DNA of 22,201 nt from Vulcanimicrobiota bacterium. GTDB lineage: Bacteria > Vulcanimicrobiota > Vulcanimicrobiia > Vulcanimicrobiales > Vulcanimicrobiaceae. The position numbers and the translations under genes are program-made. The DNA is taken from the NCBI GenBank assembly GCA_003135555.1, contig PLCF01000086.1, forward strand, positions 14,883 to 37,083, in the 5' to 3' direction. Below are positions 8,722-15,818 of this stretch, piece after piece. Position 1 is the stretch's first letter, and each line of letters begins with the position of its first letter. A model generated the notes under the pieces. It did not search any database and was not told the DNA's origin. It was given only the letters and a program-made list of their open reading frames with translations.

Positions 8722-8760
8722 GCGGCGCGTGACCCCGTCACGCGGCGCGTGACTCTGTCA
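8718..8760. repeat. Tandem 20-bp repeat of a palindromic unit (TCACGCGGCGCGTGAC-nnnG) x2 plus a partial TCA
   Basis: TCACGCGGCGCGTGACCCCG (8718-8737) and TCACGCGGCGCGTGACTCTG (8738-8757); each unit contains TCACGCG-G-CGCGTGA. Confidence 0.9.
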
Positions 8761-9285
8761 TGGCAGGAAATCCTCGGGTATGGCGGCGTCCTTCGCCGAC
8801 AGCCGCGGTTCGCCGGTCAGCGGCCAGACGATCCCGATGCGCGGGTTGCGCCAGGACACCGCGCCCTCGGCGGCGGCATCGTAGGGGACGCTGTTCTTGT
8901 AGTGCACGATCGTGTCGTCTTCGAGCGCCAGAAAGGCGTGCCCGAACCCCGCCGGGACGAACAGCTGCTTGTGGTTGCGATCGGTCAGCTCGAAGCCTTC
9001 CCACTGCAAGTAGGTGGGCGAGTCGCGTCGCAGGTCGACGATGGCGTCGAAGATTCGGCCGTTGAGGCACTGCACCAGCTTCGCCATCCGAAAATCGTAG
9101 TGGATTCCGCGCAGAACGTCGCGCGCCGAGCGCGAGCTCGAGTCCTGCGCGAACCGCACGTCCAAGCCTAGCGCCGCGTACTTCGGATCGGACCACGTCT
9201 CTTTGAAGAACCCGCGCTCGTCTGCGAACACATCGGGGACGAAAACGCGCGCCTCGGCGAACTTCGTCGGAAAGGTTTGGATCAG
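8758..9285 (-). CDS. rfbC: dTDP-4-dehydrorhamnose 3,5-epimerase (RmlC/RfbC), probable CTG start
   Basis: 'VFADERGFFKETW', 'FAQDSSSRS..DVLRGIHY', 'AKLVQC..GRIFDAIVDLRRDSPTY', 'LFVPAGFGHAF', 'LSAKD'. RmlC-like N-terminus extends upstream of the ORF-track GTG (9231) to CTG 9285, which has an AAAGG Shine-Dalgarno. Confidence 0.92.
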   Translation of the reverse strand: MIQTFPTKFAEARVFVPDVFADERGFFKETWSDPKYAALGLDVRFAQDSSSRSARDVLRGIHYDFRMAKLVQCLNGRIFDAIVDLRRDSPTYLQWEGFELTDRNHKQLFVPAGFGHAFLALEDDTIVHYKNSVPYDAAAEGAVSWRNPRIGIVWPLTGEPRLSAKDAAIPEDFLP

Positions 9286-9315
9286 TGGAAGCCGCCTTTC
9301 GCGAGCGCCGCGACC

Positions 9316-10434
9316 CTAGAACAGATCGAACGCGGCATCGCGGGCGGCGAGAGCGAGCAGGCCATCGCGCAAGTGATAGACCCTGCCGAAGCCCGCTTCC
9401 TTGAGGCGTTCGGCCGCCCAACGCGATTTCGCCCCGACGCGACAGGCGACGACATAGGTTTTCGCACTGTCGAGCTCGTGCATGCGACCTTCCAGCGCGG
9501 TCGCGGGGATTGCAACCGCGCCGGGAACCTCGCCCAAGACGCGCTCGTGCGGCTCGCGAACGTCGAGCAGCGTCGCACCTGCCGCAAGCGCTTCGTCGAG
9601 CTCGTCGAGGTCGATGTCGGGCACCGTGTGCGGCGCTGGGGCGCGTTCCGGGACGCTGCCGACCTCGGTGATCGCCGGCGCATCACCGCACAGCGGGCAC
9701 GCCGCGTCGCGCGCTATGCGAACTTCCCGCACCCGTGCGTCGAGGGCGTCGATGAGCAGCAAGCGTCCAACCAGCGGCGTGCCGATGCCCAGGATCAGCT
9801 TGATCGCTTCGTTGGCTTGGAACGACCCGACCATCCCGGCGAGCACACCCAGCACACCGCCCTCGCTGCACGACGGAACGAGATGCTCGGGCGGTGATTC
9901 GGGATACAGGCAGCGATAGCACGGGCCGCCGGGCGCGCCGAAGATCGAGACCTGTCCGTCGAAGCGGAAGATCGATCCGTGTACGTCGGGTTTGCTTTCG
10001 AGCACGCACGCGTCGTTGACCAGATAGCGCGTCGAGAACGTGTCGCTCCCATCGACCACCACGTCGGCCAGCCGAACCAGGTCGCGCGCGTTCGCGGCGG
10101 TGAAGCGAATGGCGAGCGCGTCGATCGTGATCTGCGGGTTCAGCGCGCGCAAGCGGTCCGCCGCACGGTGCGCCTTGGGCGCGCCGACGTCGGCCGTGTC
10201 GTAGAGGATCTGGCGTTGCAGGTTCGTGACGTCGACCGTATCGTCGTCGATGACGATGATGCGGCCGACCCCCGCCGCGGCGAGATAGGCGAGGACCGGA
10301 GAGCCGAGCCCGCCCGCGCCGATCACCAGGACCCGCGCGCGCGCGAGCTTTTCCTGTCCCTCCAGCCCGACCTCGGGGATGAGGAGGTGCCGGCTGTAGC
10401 GGCGCAGCGCGCCGCGCCCCGCCATGACGTTCAC
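9316..10434 (-). CDS. moeB: Molybdopterin-synthase adenylyltransferase MoeB fused to a C-terminal rhodanese domain (MoeZ-type)
   Basis: 'RYSRHLLIPEVG..GQEKL', GAGGLG, 'NLQRQ', CYRC and CPLC zinc motifs, 'PSCSEGGVLG'; rhodanese 'LLDVREPHE...CRVGAKS'. GTG 10434 overlaps the upstream stop (GTGA); ATG 10425 is an alternative. Confidence 0.93.
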   Translation of the reverse strand: MNVMAGRGALRRYSRHLLIPEVGLEGQEKLARARVLVIGAGGLGSPVLAYLAAAGVGRIIVIDDDTVDVTNLQRQILYDTADVGAPKAHRAADRLRALNPQITIDALAIRFTAANARDLVRLADVVVDGSDTFSTRYLVNDACVLESKPDVHGSIFRFDGQVSIFGAPGGPCYRCLYPESPPEHLVPSCSEGGVLGVLAGMVGSFQANEAIKLILGIGTPLVGRLLLIDALDARVREVRIARDAACPLCGDAPAITEVGSVPERAPAPHTVPDIDLDELDEALAAGATLLDVREPHERVLGEVPGAVAIPATALEGRMHELDSAKTYVVACRVGAKSRWAAERLKEAGFGRVYHLRDGLLALAARDAAFDLF

Positions 10435-11195
10435 AATGGTGCGTCGATCAGTGGCGTCGTGACGGCTTCGGCGGCGGCTCCGCGCGGGTGCAGCGCGTTG
10501 AGCCACTGCAGCACCGCGGTGCGGCTGTTGTCGCCCGCGAACGTGTGGTCGCTGGCGACGGTCACGAAGGCTTTGGGCTCGCCGGCGCGCGCGTAGAGCT
10601 GCTCGACCGACGCGCGCGAAACCATGCCGTCACGCTCGGCCGCAATGAAGAGCACCGGGCGGCCGGCGAGCCGCGGCAACGCCGCATCGACGAGCGGGTC
10701 CCATTCGTGCGCGAGCTCGAGGAGTGTGGCGCCGTCGACGTACGACGAGCGCAGGTCGACGACGCCCCGCGCAGCCAGCGTGTCCAGGACGCTGGGCCGC
10801 CCGTAGCCGGTGGCGATCGACACGGCGCCGGCGATCGCCTCGTCGCGTCCGGCGACGCACAGCGCCGTCATCGCGCCCATGCTGTGGCCCAGCGTGTAGA
10901 CGGTGCGGGCGCCGCGCTCGCGCGCGAAGCGTACGACCGCGTCCATCGCATCGAGGAGATCACCGGCGCCGCGCAGACGCCCGTGACTAGCCCCCAGCTT
11001 GTGGCCCGGGAAGTCCAACGAGTACACCGCGAAACCGTGGCTGGCCAAGAATGCGCACAGTCCGTCGAGGTTCTGCTTCGAGCTGGAGTAGCCGTGCCCG
11101 ACGACGAGCGCGACGTCACGCGCGCGCCGCGCTTCGTACTCCAACACCGTGACCGAGTTGAACCCGGCGTCTATGCTATGCAGGCTGACGTTCAT
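10431..11195 (-). CDS. Alpha/beta-fold serine hydrolase
   Basis: 'VVGHGYSS' oxyanion region, 'DFPGH', GHSMG nucleophile elbow, 'ERDGMV' Asp, 'SDHTF' His. Confidence 0.9.
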   Translation of the reverse strand: MNVSLHSIDAGFNSVTVLEYEARRARDVALVVGHGYSSSKQNLDGLCAFLASHGFAVYSLDFPGHKLGASHGRLRGAGDLLDAMDAVVRFARERGARTVYTLGHSMGAMTALCVAGRDEAIAGAVSIATGYGRPSVLDTLAARGVVDLRSSYVDGATLLELAHEWDPLVDAALPRLAGRPVLFIAAERDGMVSRASVEQLYARAGEPKAFVTVASDHTFAGDNSRTAVLQWLNALHPRGAAAEAVTTPLIDAPL

Positions 11196-11196
11196 T

Positions 11197-11733
11197 TTAA
11201 CGGCGCTCCGCCCCAGGCTCCGCGCCCCCCACGCCTGCGGCGCGGGTCCCCCCCATAGCGGGAGCGCTCACGCTCGTCGTACCGTCGGGATGCCCCGAGG
11301 GCGCTCCCTGCGAAGTTACTTCGTTCGCGACCCAGGCGGCGCCGCCGTCGCGGTAGATCTCGCGCTTCCACACCGGGACGCGCGCTTTGAGCGCGTCGAT
11401 GGCGTAGCGGCAGGCCTCGAAGGCGGGGCCGCGGTGCGGCGCGGCGACGACGACCACGACCGAGGGTTCGCCCAGCGCGACGGTTCCGGTGCGATGGGCC
11501 ATCGCAATCTCCAGCGGTCCGAAGCGCTCGCACGCCTCGCGCGCGATCGCCTCCATCTCCGGCTGGGCCATCGCGTCGTACGCTTCGTACTCGAGCGCCG
11601 CGACCGGGCGTGGATCGTCAGGCGACGTCTCGCGCGTCGTCCCCAGAAACGTGACGACCGCGCCGTGAGCAGGTGACTGCACGGCTCGGACGAGCGCGGC
11701 GGCGTCCAACGGCGCCGCGGACAGGCCGATCAC
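11197..11733 (-). CDS. moaE: Molybdopterin synthase large subunit MoaE with a low-complexity C-terminal extension
   Basis: 'GAVVTFLGTTR', 'LEYEAYDAMA', 'HRTG..ALGEPSV', 'APHR..AFEACRYAIDALKARVPVWKRE'. GTG 11733 lies 4 nt after the moaD stop. Confidence 0.94.
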   Translation of the reverse strand: MIGLSAAPLDAAALVRAVQSPAHGAVVTFLGTTRETSPDDPRPVAALEYEAYDAMAQPEMEAIAREACERFGPLEIAMAHRTGTVALGEPSVVVVVAAPHRGPAFEACRYAIDALKARVPVWKREIYRDGGAAWVANEVTSQGAPSGHPDGTTSVSAPAMGGTRAAGVGGAEPGAERR

Positions 11734-11737
11734 GCGC

Positions 11738-12004
11738 TCAACCGCCGCCGACCGGCGGCAGCAGCGCGATCTCGTCGCCGTTCGCGACCGGCGCGCCGGC
11801 GCCGGCGAGCGCACCGTTACGAGCGAAACGCGTCGACGCCCGCAGCTCCTGCAGCGCCGGCACGTCGCGGGTCACCTGCGCCCACACGTCGTCGAGCGTC
11901 GACGCGGCCGGCACCTCGACGAGGCGTTCGCCGAATCCGAGCAACTCGCGCAAGCGCGCGAACGCGAGCACCCGCACGGTCACGACCGCGGTTGCCGCGG
12001 GCAT
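11738..12004 (-). CDS. moaD: Molybdopterin synthase sulfur-carrier subunit MoaD
   Basis: 'VRVLAFARLRELLG' ... 'GDEIALLPPVGGG' ubiquitin-like fold with C-terminal diglycine; ATG overlaps the upstream stop (TGATG). Confidence 0.94.
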   Translation of the reverse strand: MPAATAVVTVRVLAFARLRELLGFGERLVEVPAASTLDDVWAQVTRDVPALQELRASTRFARNGALAGAGAPVANGDEIALLPPVGGG

Positions 12005-12267
12005 CACACGCCGCCCAGATCGGCGCTGTAGCCGTGCGCCGTGAGCCACGCCCGCGAGTCATCGTGAAAGCCGAGCAGATCGATCCGGCTGCAGGTCAGC
12101 TTGTGGAGCAGCACCTCCCAGAAGTGCTGCTGCTGCTCGTAGACGTCGTCGGGGATTTGATTGTGCTTGCGGGTGAACTCACGCAACGCGACCCAATCCC
12201 GCTGGGCCAGGACCGTACGCAGCTCGTTTTCGTACTCGGGACTCGGCGCCGCGGGTTGCATCGTCAC
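12004..12267 (-). CDS. Small hypothetical helical protein (about 86 aa)
   Basis: C-terminal part of the spurious 538-aa ORF: (VT)MQPAAPSPEYENELRTVLAQRDWVALREF...HGYSADLGGV. Protein-like composition, GC-rich third positions, start overlaps the HAD stop (GTGA) and stop overlaps the moaD start. Confidence 0.8.
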   Translation of the reverse strand: MTMQPAAPSPEYENELRTVLAQRDWVALREFTRKHNQIPDDVYEQQQHFWEVLLHKLTCSRIDLLGFHDDSRAWLTAHGYSADLGGV

Positions 12268-13082
12268 GCCGACTTCTGCTCCGGTTTGGGACAGAAGCGC
12301 TCGATCGCGTGGGCGACGCCGTCCTGATCGTTGCGCGCCGTCACGTGGCGCACCGACTGGCGGACCTCCGGCAGCGCGTTGCCCATAGCCACGCCGATCC
12401 CGGCCCAGCGCAGCATCGGCACGTCGTTGCGTGAATCGCCGATCGCCAGCACCCGTTCGGCGGGCACGCCGAAATCGGCGCACAGCTTTGCCAGAGCGTT
12501 CTTCTTGCTGGCCTCGCGGTTGAGCACCGCGCATTCCACGAAGTCGTACCAGGTCTCGTGGCGGAACGCCAGCGGCAGATCGCCGAACTCGCGCAGCATC
12601 CGCTGCACCGACTCCTCGCCCAGAAATCGGATGAAGGTCGGCGCTTCGGTGAGGATCTGCGCCAGCGAGGGCGCCTCGAACCAGCCCGGTCCGCGCATGT
12701 CGTCCATGAGGATCTGCGAACCTTCGAGACGGTAAAACGCTTCGTCGACGTACACCGCGATGGCCAGACCCTGCGCTTCGGCGAATTCCAGCATCGGCTT
12801 GGCGTACACCAGCGGCACCGGGATCTTCTCGAGCGTCTTGTTCGCGCCGAAGTCCTTGGTCAGCGCCCCGTGACAACAGATCACGGGCAAATTGAGCCCC
12901 AAGTCTTTGGAGACGCGGATCGGCGCGTCGACGCCGCGGCCGGTGACGAGCACGACACGGATCCCCGCGCCTAGGGCATCCTTGATGGCGCTGCGATTCC
13001 GAGCGCTGATCGACTCGTCGGGCGCGAGCAGCGTCCCGTCGAGATCGAGGGCGATGAGGTCGATGGTGGGTGAGGTCGGCAT
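12264..13082 (-). CDS. Cof-type HAD-IIB phosphatase
   Basis: Motif I 'DLDGTLL', motif II 'VTGR', motifs III/IV 'SKKNAL...IGDSRNDVPML...GVAMGNA'. Confidence 0.93.
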   Translation of the reverse strand: MPTSPTIDLIALDLDGTLLAPDESISARNRSAIKDALGAGIRVVLVTGRGVDAPIRVSKDLGLNLPVICCHGALTKDFGANKTLEKIPVPLVYAKPMLEFAEAQGLAIAVYVDEAFYRLEGSQILMDDMRGPGWFEAPSLAQILTEAPTFIRFLGEESVQRMLREFGDLPLAFRHETWYDFVECAVLNREASKKNALAKLCADFGVPAERVLAIGDSRNDVPMLRWAGIGVAMGNALPEVRQSVRHVTARNDQDGVAHAIERFCPKPEQKSA

Positions 13083-13227
13083 CCTGTATTCCGTCGTGGT
13101 TTCGCGCCGCAGGCCCGTCCGCCATGCGGCCGACGGGCCTCAGGCGCTTGGAGGCCCGTTCGACCACGGTACCCTGGAACGCTCCAAGGATGCGCAACGG
13201 TGGCGTTCGCGAATACGTTGCACGGAT

Positions 13228-13602
13228 ATGCGCTCCTTCGTGGCGATCCTCGCGCTTTTCGTCGCGAGCATCGCGCCTGCGACCGCACAACCGGCGTCGC
13301 GGTGCTCGCGGGACGTGTTTCCGGTGGCCGGCCAGTCGCTCGCGGTGACGGTGTGCGCCGGCGCGCCCGACGGGGGCAAGACCGTCGCGGTGAGCGAGAC
13401 GTTCAAGACCGCCAAGGGCTCGTTCGACCAGTCGACGTCGATCGAAGTCCTGCCGGGCGCAGCCGCCTCGCGTGCCGTCCACGACGTCTCGCTGGCGCCG
13501 CTCGGGTTGCAGTATACGCTCCACCTGACGCTCGCATTCCGTGAAACGGCCGTATCGATCGAGCACGCCCTGCTCCTGCCGGGCGCCGTTCCGCTCAAGT
13601 AA
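13228..13602 (+). CDS. Secreted hypothetical beta-rich protein
   Basis: Signal peptide MRSFVAILALFVASIAPATA; two Cys; alternating hydrophobic strands. ATG 13228 chosen over the ORF-track start at 12892, which overlaps the HAD gene. Confidence 0.75.
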   Translation: MRSFVAILALFVASIAPATAQPASRCSRDVFPVAGQSLAVTVCAGAPDGGKTVAVSETFKTAKGSFDQSTSIEVLPGAAASRAVHDVSLAPLGLQYTLHLTLAFRETAVSIEHALLLPGAVPLK

Positions 13603-13659
13603 ACCAGCCGCCGCACGCAACCGTGCCGCGGCGCGGCGGTTCTAGGGCACAGAAATGCG

Positions 13660-15111
13660 GTGTCGACGGACCTGATGCCCTGTACCAGCGTGGCGCCCGA
13701 GCTGGACGCCGCCGGGCGTGCCCGGTACGTCACGGACCACCTCCCGCCTGGGCTGTTCCGGCTCGCCGAAGACGCGGACACCAACGTCCCGTGGCGCGTC
13801 TCGCCACAACCCTTCCCGCTCAAGCCGTCGACCGTCGCCGCCGTCGAGAGCCTGGGCGACGACCTTCTCGCCTTCTATCGAGCGCTCAACGCGCTTTACC
13901 TGCGCAGCGCGCGGGGCACGGCTCCAGCGTTCATCGCCGAGGAGCTCGACCGCGGAAAGCCCGAGCAGATCGTCAAGCTCGCGCGGCAGAACCGCTTCAA
14001 GCAAGATATCCCGCGCGTCATTCGCCCCGACTTGATCCTCACCGACGACGGCTACGTCGCGAGCGAGCTGGACAGCGTTCCCGGCGGGATGGGGTTCACC
14101 AGCGCGCTGGCACACACGTACTGTGAGATCGGTGAAGACAGCATCGGCGGTACCGATGGGATCGCGCACCGCTTCGCCGAGATGCTCGCCTCGCTGTCGT
14201 CGGTCGAGCGGCCCACGGTCGCGATCGTCGTCAGCCAGGAGTCTACCGACTACCGCAGCGAGCTCAACTGGCTCGCGGGCCGCGTTGACGCGCTCGGCTT
14301 GGCCGACGTCATCGTCTGCGCACCGCAGGACATCGTGTTCACCGAGGAGGCGCTGTTCGTGCGCCGCGAGGACGGACGCGAGACGAAAATCGACGTCCTC
14401 TACCGCAACTTCGAGTTGTTCGACCTGCTCAACATCCCCAAGCAAGAGCTGATGCTCTACGCGGCGCGCCACAACCGCGTGAAGATGACGCCGCCGCCGA
14501 AAGCGCACTTCGAAGAGAAGTCGAGCTTCGCGCTGTTTCACCATCCCGGGCTGCGCGCGTACTGGCGCTCGGAGCTCGGAGATGCGGTCGACGAGCGGTT
14601 GCTGGGGATCTTCCCGCGGACGTGGATCATCGACCCGCGCCCGCTGCCGTGGCAGGCTGCGATCGTCGACCTCACGGCAAACGGGCTCCCGGTACACGAC
14701 TGGTCGCAGCTCGAGGACCTCGGCAAGAGCGAGCGCGACTACGTCATCAAGCCGTCGGGCTTTTCGGAGCTGGCCTGGGGGTCGCGCGGCGTCAAAGTCG
14801 CCAACGACCTGTCCAAGGACGAATGGCGCGCCGGACTCCACGACGCGCTCGCGTCGTTCGACCATGTGCCGTACATCCTGCAGCGCTTTCATAAGGGCAA
14901 GCGCGTGCGCGTCCCGTTCCTGTCGACGTCGACCGGTGAGATCAAGGAGATGGACGGCCGCGTGCGGCTGTGTCCGTACTACTTCGTGATCGGCGACCGC
15001 ACGCGGCTGGGAGGGATTCTCGCGACTGTTGCTCCGGCCGACAAACGGCTGATCCACGGGATGAGTGACGCCGTGATGGCGTCGTGCCGGGTCGCGGACG
15101 ATGGCTTCTGA
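13660..15111 (+). CDS. Circularly permuted ATP-grasp / glutathionylspermidine-synthase-like ligase of unknown substrate
   Basis: 'IRPDLIL..DGYVASELDSVPGGMG' (R-x-D...E-x-[N/D]..PGG), 'IDVLYRNF', 'EEK', 'YVIKPSG', 'GSRGV', 'YILQRF', matching the motif order of circularly permuted ATP-grasp ligases. Confidence 0.72.
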   Translation: MSTDLMPCTSVAPELDAAGRARYVTDHLPPGLFRLAEDADTNVPWRVSPQPFPLKPSTVAAVESLGDDLLAFYRALNALYLRSARGTAPAFIAEELDRGKPEQIVKLARQNRFKQDIPRVIRPDLILTDDGYVASELDSVPGGMGFTSALAHTYCEIGEDSIGGTDGIAHRFAEMLASLSSVERPTVAIVVSQESTDYRSELNWLAGRVDALGLADVIVCAPQDIVFTEEALFVRREDGRETKIDVLYRNFELFDLLNIPKQELMLYAARHNRVKMTPPPKAHFEEKSSFALFHHPGLRAYWRSELGDAVDERLLGIFPRTWIIDPRPLPWQAAIVDLTANGLPVHDWSQLEDLGKSERDYVIKPSGFSELAWGSRGVKVANDLSKDEWRAGLHDALASFDHVPYILQRFHKGKRVRVPFLSTSTGEIKEMDGRVRLCPYYFVIGDRTRLGGILATVAPADKRLIHGMSDAVMASCRVADDGF

Positions 15112-15812
15112 GCTCGACTGACGTAGCGCGGTCGGCCGCTTGGCTGACGCGCCACCGTGTCATCGCGTTCGCCACGTCGGCGCTGGTCGCGGCGATCGTC
15201 TACGTGGTCGTACCGATGTGGCTGCACGGCGCGACGCGTTTCGTCGCCGCCTACGATGCCGGTACCCTCACGCTGCTGGGTTTCTTTTGGTTCCACGGCA
15301 TCCATGACGATCCCAAGCTCACCCGCGCCCGCGCCGCGCTCGAGGATCCCGGACGCAACGTGATCACCTTGGTCGTGCTGCTCGCGGTCGCGGTCGGGCT
15401 GGTCGCCGCCATCGCCATCGTCGGCCACGGTCCGAAAGTGCAGAACGCGGTCGAACAGTGGGAAGCCTACATCCTCGGCGTGACGGCGATCTGCATCGGC
15501 TGGGTGCTCGTGCACACCGTCTACACGTTCCGCTACGCGCACCTGTACTATTTCGACGAAGACGGCACCGGCTGCGGCGGGATCCACTTCCCCGGCACCG
15601 ACGAGCCGTCGGACATCGACTTCGCCTACTTCTCTTTCTGCCTGGGCACCTCGTTCGCCGTCTCCGATCCGCAGGTGACCGAGACGCGCGTTCGCCGCGA
15701 GGTGATCGTGCACTCGATCATCTCGTTCGCCTACAACTCGGTGATCGTCGGCATGGTGATCAACCTCTTCGCCGGCATATTTTCCGCCTCGAGCGGCGGC
15801 GGCGGGAAGTAA
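15084..15812 (+). CDS. DUF1345 family membrane protein
   Basis: 'TRARAALED', 'W.LVHTVYTFRYAHLYY', 'GGIHFPG..EP...DFAYFSFCLG.SFAVSD..VT...VRR.VI.HSIISFAYN'. Start uncertain. Confidence 0.88.
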   Translation: MPGRGRWLLSSTDVARSAAWLTRHRVIAFATSALVAAIVYVVVPMWLHGATRFVAAYDAGTLTLLGFFWFHGIHDDPKLTRARAALEDPGRNVITLVVLLAVAVGLVAAIAIVGHGPKVQNAVEQWEAYILGVTAICIGWVLVHTVYTFRYAHLYYFDEDGTGCGGIHFPGTDEPSDIDFAYFSFCLGTSFAVSDPQVTETRVRREVIVHSIISFAYNSVIVGMVINLFAGIFSASSGGGGK

Positions 15813-15818
15813 CGGCCG

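Noticed and set aside
8718..8760. Tandem repeat as a mini-CRISPR array
   Set aside because: Two adjacent 20-bp units, no spacers and no cas genes.
9316..9318. Pyrrolysine or selenocysteine recoding at the moeB stop
   Set aside because: The stop is TAG (not a Sec codon), no pyl genes are visible, and a Shine-Dalgarno plus CTG start explains rmlC more simply.
9316..12004. MoaD plus MoeB as a bacterial ubiquitin-like anti-phage conjugation system
   Set aside because: moaE and moaA are adjacent and there is no E2-like or JAB gene; ordinary molybdopterin synthesis explains them.
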